A DNA stretch of 64,000 nt from Octopus sinensis (lineage: Eukaryota). The stretch is from NCBI RefSeq assembly GCF_006345805.1, contig NC_043002.1, positions 34,782,001 through 34,846,000 on the forward strand. Direction: 5' to 3'. The translations under genes were made by a program, and so were the position numbers. A model generated the notes under the pieces. That model was not told where the DNA came from. It was given only the letters and a program-made list of their open reading frames with translations, and searched no databases. Positions 1 through 12,674 of the stretch are shown here, piece by piece (the first letter of the stretch is position 1; each line of letters starts with the position of its first letter).

Positions 1-55
1 GTGACCAAAGTTGTCTTGTGGGCTTCAACAAAGTCAGCTGTTAGATGTCAAAGGT

Positions 56-283
56 TTAACCCTTTCGTTACTGTATTTATTTTGAGATGCTCTGTGTTTC
101 TTTCAATTACTTTAAATATAACAGAGAATTTAGTAAAATAACTTAGTTATCATTAAGCTAGTGTTAGGAACATAAATTGTGACTAAGGTTTGGTGGAAGA
201 TTTTAATTCAAAACTTATGAAAACAAGACATTTGTACTCAGAACCAGAGCCGGTTTCAGCCGGGTTGGTAATGAGAGGGTTAA
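56..283. mobile_element. piggyBac-like MITE
   Basis: TTAA-CCCTTTCGTTA...TAATGAGAGGG-TTAA. An inverted copy lies at 31450-31654. Confidence 0.85.
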
Positions 284-1619
284 TATATTGATGTCCAGAG
301 AAGTACAACATTCAAGATATGGTAAGTGACTGACAAAGGGTATTTGTTTTGCTGCATGTCCCTAAACAGTCCCCAGTAGATCAATATTCTGAACAAGATA
401 TGAATTCCAGACTGGAGGTGCACACTGTAAGTGTGGAGTGCCTTAACCATATACAAATTTAACCCTTTCGCATTCAGATTACTCAGTCAAATGTAATTCT
501 TTTTCCATCACATTTTTTGAATTAATCATGCATGTGATATAGTATGTACATAGATAACATCACAAGATATTACAATATCCCCATGTGGTATAATAACAAG
601 CTTATTGCATTTTTGATTATTTTAGAAATGTGGTCTAACCAGCACTGATCATTGTTGATTAATGTCTAACTCAAGTTCTCCAGCAGACTTCTAAAAGTTG
701 AAGTTATGGAAGGAGCTGGTAAATTCTGGGTTTTACATCCCAAAATGTTTAGTGGTACACTTGTCAACTGTCATCTTGAGTTGCCAATCAACAAACCATT
801 ACTGAATTGTATCCAGGTCAGATTTATAGCTTTTAAATCTAACATTTTGATATTTGTAAGTTAAACATCAAAACTCTATGTACATTTTTTAGTAATAAAA
901 AAATATCTTTTATTATTAAAATAGCGCAATTTCTAAATTGCTTTCCTTTCAAACTGAAATACATTTTTAGATGTTTTGTTAGAAAATAACCTATATATAA
1001 CTGAATGATTAAAAAAGTTTACTGGGTGAAGCTATATGAACTTCACTATAATAAATATCTTTTTATTGTACCATTGTTTCTTCTTGCTGTGCTTGAAGTG
1101 AAAGGATATTGGCCTTAATTGAGTGTGACCTTCACAAATACAAGTTGTGGATGAAGTTAGTAATATAGGTGAGTTTAACAATGGAACTTGAAGATTATTA
1201 TTGGCCATAGTTGATAGGTGCCAAACTGAGGTAGTGTTAGATCTGAGGTGAAAGAGAATATGGAATTTGATGTATTCAAGATTAATGTATTGCAAAGGAA
1301 GAACAGTAGAGTAATAGTTGTTAATAATGGTCAGGGCTATGTTAAGTAGACTGAAGTATAATGGAATGTATTCTTGCTCATATGGAAGCCATGAAGTGAA
1401 GACAAATGTATCCTTAAAATCAATTTGAAAGGGATAAATATGAAGCCATTAAGCACGCAAGATTTTTAAAAAGATTTTTATTAATTAATGGAAGAAATAG
1501 TTGTATGATATATGATAGAAGTGTGTGTCTCTAATATTTGATGGAAGATATGTATGTCTGGTGTCTAGTGCCTGTTTGATATTAGGTATCAATCAATCAA
1601 ATCTATGACTTTACAAAAA

Positions 1620-2400
1620 TCAAAGGTGTACAGCAAGGATGCACTCTTGTCCCTCCATCATTTTCATTCATCAGTCAACCTCATGTTTTCCACCATCTTC
1701 TTCCCAGTCCGTTCCTTGATGTTAATCAATCAACTCACTTAGTGATCTTTCTTTACTTCTTTTACTGAAGGTTTATCTAAACATAGCCATATTCCCCAGA
1801 GGTAACATATTAGGGTGGCATGTCACATGGCCAAACCACTTCTTTGCCCAGCTTTTAATAATTTTCAGAAGAGTGTCATGCTTTGCAGTTATCCCAACAA
1901 TTTCTTTCTTAACACTCATTTAATGTTCTGTATATGGGATGCAGAAGATAATTCTATGGTATTTAATTTCAAAAGTCTTGATTTTTTTTCCTTTTCACTT
2001 TCAGCATCTAATATCCATGATTTGTACCCATAGAAATCATTTGAATGAATTGATGATGTTATTGTACTCTTTTCCTTTTTCTCAGATAGTTCCTGATTTT
2101 ACTAACGCCACTGTACCATTAAAAAGTTTTTTAACTCATATCTTCTGTTGTTGTTCTTTCCAAACATAAACTCCTCAGCTTCTTTCAACAATTATTTCCA
2201 ATCTATATCTTCTGGCAGTTGTATCAAGACATTTAGTTAAGATCTCTAAAATCTTCCTCATGTTTTCTTTTTTAAATCAATGTCACAGACCAAATGAACA
2301 TGGCTAACTGCTGTTTCTTCTACTTTAATGTATCCTTTATAAAATGTTTAAGGCCTGCCATCTATTCCAGAAACTTTTTGAAAAGGTTTTATGAAAGCAC
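1620..2400 (-). mobile_element. Highly decayed RTE-like LINE fragment
   Basis: Reverse translation with many stops: ARRYRLEI, IKTFEIKYHRIIFCIPYTEH, KWFGHV. Confidence 0.5.
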
Positions 2401-2840
2401 ACAATCTAGTCTGACATCAAAGTGCATTAGAGGGATTCTTTCTGTTCAGGGGTGGTAGCCTTTATTATCCACTTGTTTCAATACCTCATCATTAACTGGT
2501 CTTTGATTGTCTTTAATCGAATCCATTCTGTCACAAGTATTTAATTTAAACCTCTCACCTTTGGATAACCTCTTCCTAACACCCCACAGTCTCAGAGATC
2601 ATACAAAGGGGCCATGGTCACAATTAGTTGTTTGCTGAATTTCAACCAAAACAAGACTTATGCATATTCATATAATGATTTTATAAACCAGTCTTCAAAC
2701 CAAGCCAACCAGCAGGAGACTGAGTGGATGACCATGAGTGAGATGGTAGAATACGTCCATAATTTCAGTTGGTCATGCTTGGGAGTCCAACAGAAAAGTT
2801 AAATGATTATTGTTTCTGATTGGACCTTTTGGGGGAGGTA

Positions 2841-3022
2841 CTTGTGGACCTTACCACCATGACCATCCCAAGAAAAGTGGGTACCAAATAGATGGATGAA
2901 CTTTATATCATTTTTGGTTGGCCCATGTTACCTTGTGGACCTTACCACCATGACCATCCCAAGAATAGTGGGTACCAAATAGATGGATGAACTTTATATC
3001 ATTTTTGGTTGGCCCATGTTAC
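2841..3022. repeat. Tandem duplication, 2 x 91 bp
   Basis: CTTGTGGACCTTACCACC... at 2841 and 2932, with one mismatch seen. Confidence 0.95.
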
Positions 3023-3379
3023 CTTTTCTCATAATAAGCCACAGTGTTCAAAATTATTCACAGTCAGATGCATTTTTTTGATAAATTAAAGAAATTGAAG
3101 AGAAGGTTTAACTAATGTTCCAAGTATTTTTCTAATGCAGCATTGACATTACAAATCTCTGCTCAACAATGTTTCTCATTTTTTGGAAAACAACCTCTAT
3201 TTCACTAAGTATATATTTTTTATTGTTGCTTTCATTCAAGTGTGTAAAACACAACAAAACTGTGTCTAGATGGTTAATTAAACGAGTTATATGATTGTTT
3301 TCACATTTTTTTGTTTCCTATTTTTGCTTATTAATGGTATAACAATTGATTCTGCTCATTTACCTATAACTCTGTTGTG

Positions 3380-3703
3380 AAGGCACATGGCTTAGTGGTT
3401 AGGGTATTTGGCTCCTGATCATACGGTTGTGAGTTCAATTCCCAGTAGCATGTTGTGTCCTTGAGCTAGACATTTCATTTCTTATTGCTCCAGTCCACTC
3501 AGCTGGAAAAAATGAGTAGTGCTTGTATTTCAAAGAACCAGCCTTGCTACATTCTGTGTCATACTGAATCTTCCTAAGAACTATGTTAAGTATATGCATG
3601 TCTGTGGAGTGCTCAGCCAATTACAGACTAATTTTATAAGCAGGCTGTTCCATTGATCAAATCAACTGAAACCTTTGCTGTTGTAACCAGTGGAGTGCCA
3701 GTT
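3380..3703 (+). mobile_element. tRNA-derived SINE family B
   Basis: Head TGGCTTAGTGGTTAGGG...GAGTTCAATTCC, core TGCTCCAGTCCACTCAGCTGG.AAAAATGAGT. Copies at about 25880-26200 (+), 26515-26665 (+), 61745-61905 (+), 5555-5700 (-), 34105-34282 (-), and 20495-20700 plus 21971-22063 (-, split by a mariner). Confidence 0.85.
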
Positions 3704-5757
3704 ATAACACTTACAAATGTTAGAGAATCTCAGTGATATTCATATCCCCTTATTTGTTCCAGATGGTTTATCACATTTAAGCTCATTAATTGCTTGTGTA
3801 AATACCAAAATTATTTCTGAATCTTATATGATGTCTTCAGTGGAGGAAGGGAATATTTGACATTTTAAAAATATTCCACAAAGCCATTTAAAGTTTTCTG
3901 AAGAATATTGATGTTTTAGTTTCATACTTTTTGTGAGTTGGTGAATTATTTACAAATTTGGATACATATTTAAGGGAACTATTATTGTCTAGTAAATGTT
4001 GATACATTGAAACAAACAGATAATGGGAAATTTTTATTATACCTTTTTAATTTATAGCTAGTTTATAGATTTGATTGTTTAGGAACTTGAATGCATTATC
4101 CAAGTTAAATATATTTGTTTATTTTCAAACATGGGTATATTGACAGATGGTTGGATATTTTTTTGTAGAACTAATTTAACTTCAAAACGTAACTCAAAAC
4201 AAATAAAAACTAACTAAAAAGAAAACAGGATAAAAGTCCATCACATACTTATATCAAACAAATTTATCAAATGGCTAGTTGTCTCACTTGAAATGCTCAG
4301 TGCCCATCCCTTATTTGTCTCTTTCTAAGCCTCCGATTTAAATTTCAATGTGAAAGAGCGTAAATTAAATTCTTTTTTATTTTTATGGGATGAGAATTCA
4401 ATATATAACTTTAAGGTGGAAAAATGGGATTTTTGAAATTTTGGATATTTCCTTCTTCCACTGAATACATCATGTATTCAAGGGAATTTCCTTACTGAAT
4501 TGCTTAATTACTTGAGAGTTTGCTCTGGCACCTTTATCTTCCATCTGCTACTATTCACCTTTGTATAAAATGGACTAGCCATATATCTCTTCTATAATGA
4601 GACACCTGTGCTTGTCTCTCCATAACACTTTAGCTCTCAGCACCTGGCAACATTCCCCCATCCACAACAACTTCATCATGGGTAATTTTCCCTTTCTTGT
4701 TCTTTTTTTGTTTTGCAATTTATTTGATAACCTCAATAGTGCTAGTGGCATGGAAAAAATACACACTGTAAAGAGGTTGGCATTAGGAAGGGAATCTAGC
4801 CATAGAAAACATACCAAAGCTGACATTGTAGCTCAGAGCAGTCCTGTCTCATTGGATTCTATCAAACCATCCAACCTATTCCAGAATGGAAAACAAATGT
4901 TAAACGATGATGTTAGTGATATTACTATCTATCTCTATGTTGTTCTGTAAAGTACCTGACAGAATTCCCTCCACCTTGCAGTTATTTCATTTGCTTTTGT
5001 TAGTAGGCTGCAATATTTATCATCAACAACTTGACATTTAGGTAACTATTCTTTGGTTCAACTTTTAGCCATTTGGCATGTTTTTCTTGCTCAATGATTT
5101 CTTTCTGTGTTTTCACATCTTCAATTCTTATTTTTTGCTGTCCTAATGCCATGCTTTACTTTCCCTAGGCAATTTATATTTCATTCCTGCTATTTTGTTT
5201 TCATATTGTTTGTATTGCAGATCTCTTCTTTCATCACAACTGATTAAAACATCTTTATTTATCTAAGGACTCTTAACCTTCTCTCTTTTATCAAGAATTC
5301 TGTTGCCTATTTGTATTATAACTTCTACAAAAATTCCTGTTAACTCTAAAATATTTGCATATGATAATAAAAAAGTTTAGCTGTCACTTACAAGTGAGTA
5401 TGACCTGGTTGTTGTTACCACACCTTCACAAGTTGTTTTAAGTGCCTAGGTAGTCACAAAAGACATAAGAACATTCTTGACTCTTGACCCAATGGAACAC
5501 CAAGAATATGACTGCAGGAGAGATGGATCTGCACTATTACTAGGCTGGTGCTCATTTTTCAGTTGAGTAAACTAGTGCTGTGAAATGAAATGCCTTACTC
5601 AAGAACACAAAGTGCTGCCTAGTCAAAAAATCAAATATGCAACCTTATAGTCTTGAGCTCATTACCTTAACCATCAGGCCAAGTGTCTTTACATGCACCT
5701 AATAATAATAGTTTCACATGTTGGTACAAAGCCAGCAATTTAATAATAATAATAATG

Positions 5758-5794
<37 letters not shown>

Positions 5795-5800
<6 letters not shown>

Positions 5801-6066
5801 AGGAAGTATTAATACAGGAATAATAATAATACAGGAAGTGCAAAAAATCGTATTAACTGGAACGGCTCATGTACTGAGAAGAGCATTATCGCTGTGAAAA
5901 CAACATCCATCCATGAATTTATTTATTTATTAATTTTTAAATACATATTTTATCTGTGAATTTGCATGTGTAATCTGGGAATGCATACAATGAGCTTCTC
6001 TGCCCTAGGTGTATGGAAAACACTCGGTGAGAAACGGAAGAAAATTTGAAGAAAGAAACAAAAAAC

Positions 6067-6067
<1 letters not shown>
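5795..6067 (+). mobile_element. R4/Dong-type (RLE) LINE extreme 3' end inserted in (TAA)n
   Basis: IQEVQKIVLTGTAHVLRRALSL* (5829-5897) is the typical R4/Dong ORF terminus. (TAA)n lies on both sides (5742-5797, 6067-6110). Confidence 0.75.
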
Positions 6068-6110
<43 letters not shown>

Positions 6111-6773
6111 TGTTGTAGTGAAAATGGTACTTCCCTTCCAATGTAATAAAGTGGTATGAGTTGCCATTATAAAGTCACTCAGTCAATCATTGTAGCAAGT
6201 CAGGTGCAGGAGAGTTATCATACAAGTTCTCAGTTGGAGTCAGTGTCAGTTACATGATATATACGAGTTTGAGATGCCATCAAGGTAGATGTTTCAAAGT
6301 CATTGTCTTGCAGAGTTATCAGTGATAGTATGATAGATGAGTCAAAGATATCAAAATGCGGAATACTGCCACAACATAATAGTGGTGACAAGAATATTAC
6401 AGGCACAAGGGCTGAAAATTGGTGGGTGGTGGATGTTAATCAATTATATTGACCCCCAGTACTTGACAAGTAGTTATTTTATTGACCCTGAAAAGATGAA
6501 AGGCTAAGTTGACCTCAGCAGAATATATGATAATAATAATAATCACAATTATCCTTTCTACTATTGGCACAATGCCTGAAATTTGGGGGGAGAGGGCTAA
6601 TCAGTTACATTAATACCAGTACTCAACTGGTATTTATTTCATCAAACCTGGAAGGATGAAAGGCAAAACTGACCTTAACAGAATTTGAACTCAGAACGTA
6701 AAGATGGACAAAATGCCATGAAGCATTTTGCCCAGCAAGCTAATGAATTTGCCAGCTCACCACTTTTACAGTG

Positions 6774-6817
<44 letters not shown>

Positions 6818-7335
6818 TATATTAAAGGTAAGAATTATCCTTGCATGTGTTTTAAATTCTGATTTGGTCTTTAAACTTTTCAAAACCATATTTTATTCTT
6901 ACATTTTGGTCCTTCATGATTGATTTTAGCTTAATTTTTACTGTCAGTGTGATTGGAGGGAGATTTATCAGTGGTATCAGTCCCATGAAGGACCTAACCT
7001 GACCAACATCGTATATTTGATAAATATAATCTCTATCTCTGATGGAGTATGTCTGACAGACATTTCTATATCTGATAGAAGTGTATGTCTGATAATGTGT
7101 TTGTACATCTGATGGAAGTAGTGTATAAATCATACCTATATGTCTGATTGAAGAAGTGTATGTACAGTGTTTGTAGGTCTGCTAGAATTAATGTATGATT
7201 CTTAACTATATGTGCAATAGATATCCCTATGTCTGATAGAAGTGTATGTATGGTGTTTGATATCTGATGAAGTGTACATGTGGCATCTGATATTTGACAG
7301 AAAAATGTGTTTGGTATTGATGGCTGATATACATT

Positions 7336-7336
<1 letters not shown>

Positions 7337-7366
<30 letters not shown>

Positions 7367-7372
7367 TCGTCG

Positions 7373-7426
<54 letters not shown>

Positions 7427-7436
7427 CCATCATCAC

Positions 7437-7520
<84 letters not shown>

Positions 7521-7521
7521 T
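7337..7521. repeat. Compound (GTC)n(CAT)n microsatellite, the expanded tail of a minus-strand RTE 3' end (about 7520-7830)
   Basis: Directly continuous with TTTAATGTCTGTTGTCCATACTGGCATGGGTTG, the RTE tail in reverse. Confidence 0.9.
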
Positions 7522-8046
7522 TAATGTCTGTTGTCCATACTGGCATGGGTTGTATGGTTTGACTAGGGCTGGAAAGCTGGAAGGCTGCACCAGACCCCAG
7601 TCTGTTTTGGCATGGTTTCTACGTTTCTACAGTTGGATGTTTTTCCTAACACCAACCACTCTGAGAGTGTAATGGGTGCTTTTTATATGCCACTGGCATG
7701 GGTGCCATTTGTGTGACACTGGTATCTATCACGCAATTGGCAGATACCGCAGTTTTACTTGGCTTGATGGGTCTTCTTCTCAAGCATGGCATAATGCTAA
7801 ATGGACTCGGTCATTGCCGTGGAAGAATTATTTGTCTAATGTCTGATGGAAGAACTTGATGTTTATGCCAAGAAATAGTAATCTCTGTTAACTGTGGAAA
7901 AGCTAGTGAGAAATAGTTTGTGTTGTAACTTGACATGCTCAGCTAAATCCTTCCATGACAAATATACTCACAACTTTTACAATGAAGACTCCATATTTCA
8001 GATATTAGGACAGCATATTCCATTTATAAAGGTGGTATGGCTATTC

Positions 8047-8079
<33 letters not shown>

Positions 8080-8210
8080 GCTCTACATACTAGGACACAC
8101 ACATATACTAATGCATATGACAACATTATTATTGCTGTGAACATTATAAGACATATGACATTGCTTAAGATTGTAGAAAATATATACATAATTATATATA
8201 TGTTAACATA

Positions 8211-8270
<60 letters not shown>

Positions 8271-8293
8271 TATATTAATATGTGTGCCTGTGT

Positions 8294-8345
<52 letters not shown>

Positions 8346-9857
8346 GTCAGTGGTAAACATTCAACAATTATGTAATAACCAAGTGGCCTAGAAGCCATCA
8401 ATGATGCTCTGTTGAACTCTGCATCTAGTGACTCCTATCAGACACTGCTCAAGTATTACCAAGTCTTTCCAAAACTAAAGAACAAATTATTCTGTCGGCC
8501 TTTTACAACATCACCATCACATGAACAAACAGAAGAGACATGTTATATAAGATCAGCAGTGAAGAAATGAAGCATTATATTTTCAAAGGTCATCTTTTTT
8601 CCTTTTTGTTTTATGATGTACTGTAATAGTAAAAGAACAAACCTAGCACTGTTAGAAGAAGAACAGGCCTAGATTGTCAATACAGATATTCTAATGACAA
8701 ACTTATTATTTATCTTTTATCTTTTACATTTTGCTTGTTTCATTCATTGAACTGCGGTCATGCTGGGGCTCTGCTTTGAATGTTTTAGTCAAACAAATTA
8801 ATTCCAGTACATTTTTTTAAAGTTTGGTTCTTATTTTATCAGTCTCTTTCACTGAACTGCTGAGTTATGGGGACATAAATAAACCAATACCAGTTGTCAA
8901 GTGGTAGAGGAACAAGCATAAACGCAAAGACATAAACACATATGCTATTGTGTGTGTGTGTGTACACACTGGATTTCTTTTAATTTCTCTCTACCAAATT
9001 CACTCACAAGGCACTGGTTGACCCAGGGCTATAGCAGAAGACACTTGCCCTAGGTATTGCACTGTGAGATTGAGCTAAAATCATACAGTTGCAATGTGAA
9101 CTTCTTAAGCACACTACAATAACAACATCTACAAGTACTGTGCATTTTCAGTATTCTTATTTACAAAACTTCACAAAATTAAATAATTGATAGATTTGTC
9201 TAAAGTTCATTAAAATATGAAAGAATATCTATGTATTTCATTTTATAAATTTCTTATTAAAAAAAAAACTGAGTTTCATTTAGTATGGTAGGTTCCAGAC
9301 AAAATACTTAGAGGCTTTTCATACATTTTACATTCTGAGTTCAAATTCCACTGAGGTCAGCTTTGTCTTTCATCCTTCCAGGCTTGATAAAATAAGTACC
9401 AGTTGTACCCTGAGGTCAATGTAATTGACTAGCTCCTTCCCCAAAATTTCACATTTTGTGCCTATAGTAGAAAGGAATTAAGTGTGGTAGAAATAAAAGT
9501 GACATAGAGGCAATGTTTTGTATATGTGATTATACCTGTGTATGTGTGTGCTTGTATATGTGTCTGCATGTGTATGTGTGTACCTGTGTTTATGGGTACG
9601 TGCTTGTTCTGTTATTGATCTGACCTACTGAACTCCCAATGACCTCAATTACACTTTTTTTTGCATAATTTAATCTGAAGAAGAACTGGGGTCATGTGTG
9701 TTTGTGTGTGTGTGTATTTAAGTTACAATGTATGGATTCTAGTAATCCGATAGTACTCCTCATAAAGAAAGCTCCTTAAAATATCATTCTAAAAAACATA
9801 TAGAATACATAGTATGATAGAAGAGAAAATGATAAAAAATGTATAAAGCCATAAATG

Positions 9858-10101
9858 ACAGAGAAATAGTTTATGAAATTTTATTTAACAATAAGAAAAT
9901 TCTAATATCATGACAAATTGTTTCATAACTTAAAAAACTTTTAAAAATGCAGGATTTAAGCCACATCCTCAGCCATGTAATTTATTGATTATTAAATATA
10001 ATAATGTAAATTATTTACATGTTTTTAAGTTATGAAACAATTTGTCATGATATTAGAATTTTCTGATTGTTAAATATAATTCCATCAAACTATTTCTCTG
10101 T
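9858..10101. repeat. Foldback inverted repeat, about 80-bp arms
   Basis: 9858-9937 is the near-perfect reverse complement of 10022-10101. Confidence 0.9.
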
Positions 10102-10114
10102 TATGCAGAGTTTG

Positions 10115-10330
10115 ACCACCTCCTGTACCTACACCTTAGAACCATCATGGCATCTGGTGTGACTTTTTAAACCAGACAATGTTTTGAAAAGACACCCACA
10201 TAGATTGCATATCTGGTTTGGACCACCAAGAGTTGCAGTTAAGTTCTGATCTTTGTGGATCTTAAAATGTCTATTGAGGCCTCAGTTAGATTTGCAGACC
10301 TTCTTGCATACATTGCACTGAAAGGTGTGC
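10115..10330 (-). mobile_element. Repeat fragment encoding two C2H2 zinc fingers (probable LINE ORF C-terminus)
   Basis: HTFQCNVCKKVCKSN*GLNRHFKIHKDQNLTATLGGPNQICNLCGCLFKTLSGLKSHTRCHDGSKV*. A second partial copy lies at 47815-47925 (+). Confidence 0.65.
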
Positions 10331-10334
10331 ACAG

Positions 10335-10690
10335 ACATATAGGCAGAATAAACTGTTGTCTAAATTACGCAAAAATGAAAATATTTCTGATATCTCATTT
10401 TAAAAGATATATTTACCAAAATTACATAAATATATCTTGAAATACTAAAGAGTAAATTTATTCGATAAAATCACCATTGGCTTGAACCATGGCCTGCAAA
10501 TGACTCTAGAATTTCCTGCAACTCTTCTGGATGGCCTCCTTGTTTAAGTTGGTGAATGCTGCCATTATTCTTGCCTTCAGTTCATCTTTGGTGTTACAAG
10601 GAGTTTTGTTGGTCTCTCGCTCAACTGCGCCCCACATATAATAATCAAGGGGGTTGCAGTCTGAGGAGTTAGGTGGCCAGATGTTATATA
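10335..10690 (-). mobile_element. maT-like mariner 3' fragment
   Basis: WPPNSSDCNPLDYYMWGAVERETNKTPCNTKDELKARIMAAFTNLNKE. The terminal region matches 48180-48370. Confidence 0.85.
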
Positions 10691-10692
10691 TA

Positions 10693-10732
<40 letters not shown>

Positions 10733-10769
10733 TGTATGCATGTGAGAGTCTGTGTATAAGTATGTGTGT

Positions 10770-11012
10770 ATGCATACTCTTGTCTAGACATCATGAGATG
10801 CTTGTAAATAAGCATCACCATCACACGTGTGAGGTTGTTTGTTTCTAGTCTTCTATGATGAACTTGTCTAGCTATGGAAAAATATTACCTAGCTTGGAAG
10901 CAGGTGTAGGTTGGCAACAGAAAGAGCATCCAGCTGTAGAAAATTTGCCCCAGTAAATTCCATCTGACCCATGCATGTATGGAAAAGTGGATGTTAACTG
11001 ATGATGATGATG
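10770..11012 (+). mobile_element. Short element with distinct body plus RTE-type 3' tail
   Basis: Ends GGCAACAGAAAGAGCATCCAGCTGTAGAAA...CCCATGC..GGAAAAGTGGATGTTAACTGATGATG, like the RTE tail. Related copies at about 30700-30900, 31730-32050, 34700-34840, 40370-40570 (-) and 62000-62290 (+). Confidence 0.7.
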
Positions 11013-11965
11013 TGTTTTCAGGATACTAGATGAAGTCAGTTTAGTTAATGTGTAGAATAAACATAGAAAGATACAGCAGACGAATACTTCTCAAATTACA
11101 TCTTACTGAACTGAAAAAAAAAGAATAATAATTTTGACAATACAGTTTTGAAAAAAGATGGAATAATCACAGCTGGCATACCTTAATTTCTAGGATTGAC
11201 CAGGGATTAAACAACAGCATCATTTAATGGGGTAATAAGGGAACCTCTACATCAGGCAAGGATAACTTTTTCAAGAAGTGAGTGACATGAAAAGTAAGTG
11301 ACATCATCTTATGGGTTATGCTACTAAAAAATTCAAGGTAAATTTTTATTAGGCATGCCATTCAGAACGTCCTGAGGGCTGCAGTTTGCCCATGACTGCT
11401 CTATATAGTTGCTCAGCTTACAGGAATTAAAAGGAAGAAATTTAATGTAATATTAATATTATTTGGAAATAAACTGTATCTGAAAAGACATAAGGGTCAT
11501 GGCTAAAATGGCTTTGCTTACAGGCCTGCTAAAATCAACAACAGCAGTCATTTTAATGACTTGACTGCTACAAACATCACAGTACTATTATAGCCACTAC
11601 TACATCACATAAGTACCTTATGCCTATCATACTACATGTGACTACTGCACTGCAGCTACCATCACCATCACCATCACCATTACCATCATCACCACCACCA
11701 CCACAACAACAATAACCACAACCACAACAGAAACCACACTTCATTCATCTACTGCTTTAGGCATAAATAAAATAAATAAAACTGTCTTACTGGTGATTGC
11801 TACACCCAGCAAAACACACACACACACACATTATACTTATTTTAATGCAACAATTTGTAAACAATAGTGTTGTTGGTTATAATATAGTTTTAATACCCAT
11901 TAAGCAATGAGAAGGCCATGGCTGGAATGTTCAATCAGGGTAGACAGGGGGTTAATATATATATA

Positions 11966-11998
<33 letters not shown>

Positions 11999-12289
11999 TG
12001 TATGTATGTATGTATGTATGTATGTATGTGTGTATGTCTGTATGCATGTATGCATGTAAGTATGCATACATACATGCAGCCATGCTGGGGCACCACCTTG
12101 AAGGGCTTAGCCGAACAAATTGATCCTAGGACTTTGTTTTTTAAGCCCAGTAATTATTCTATCAGACACTTTTGCTGAACCACTAAGTTACAGAGACAAA
12201 CACACCAAAACTGGTTGTGAAGCAGTGGTGAAGGACAAACGCAGACACAAAGACATGCACACATAACTACCCCCCCCCCCCAAACACTA

Positions 12290-12670
12290 ACATGTGCTGG
12301 TATAGTCATGTGCTGCATATGAATGAGGACAGCTGCATAATGAAGTGCCAGTCTATAAGTGTGGAGGGAATCTGTGGAAGAGGTAGAGCTTGGAAGATGT
12401 GGGACAAGGTGGTGAAATATGATCTTTGGATGTTAAGTATCATGGAGGTGATAGCAAATGTTGGAGACTTCTGGTGATCTGCTGTTCTTGAGAAGACACA
12501 TCAAGCAAAGTGAAATCATAGTCATGGCCAGTGCTGGTGACATGTGAAAGGCACCTGCACCAGTGACACGTGGGAGGCACCCATGTCATTGACATGTAAA
12601 ATGCACCTGGGTCATTGACATGTAAAATGCACCTGTAATGGTGACACATAAAAGGCATCCATACTGTAGT
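12290..12670 (+). mobile_element. RTE LINE 3' fragment
   Basis: WYSHVLHMNEDSCIMKCQSISVEGICGRGRAWKMWDKVVK, then degenerate GACATGTAAAATGCACC-type UTR repeats. Confidence 0.8.
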
Positions 12671-12674
12671 CTTC

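Noticed and set aside
1090-1480. Possible Penelope-like RT remnant (minus), and a similar A-rich block at 34930-35450
   Set aside because: Only faint motif resemblance through many stops, so it cannot be supported without a profile search.
7066-7672. Poly-Asp, poly-His, poly-Ser and poly-Met ORFs
   Set aside because: All frames of a (CAT)n/(GTC)n microsatellite that is an expanded RTE tail. No coding context.
8375-8570. About 60-codon open frame (LEAINDALLNSASSDSYQTLLKYYQVFPKLK...)
   Set aside because: No polypyrimidine acceptor or start, and no recognisable homology.
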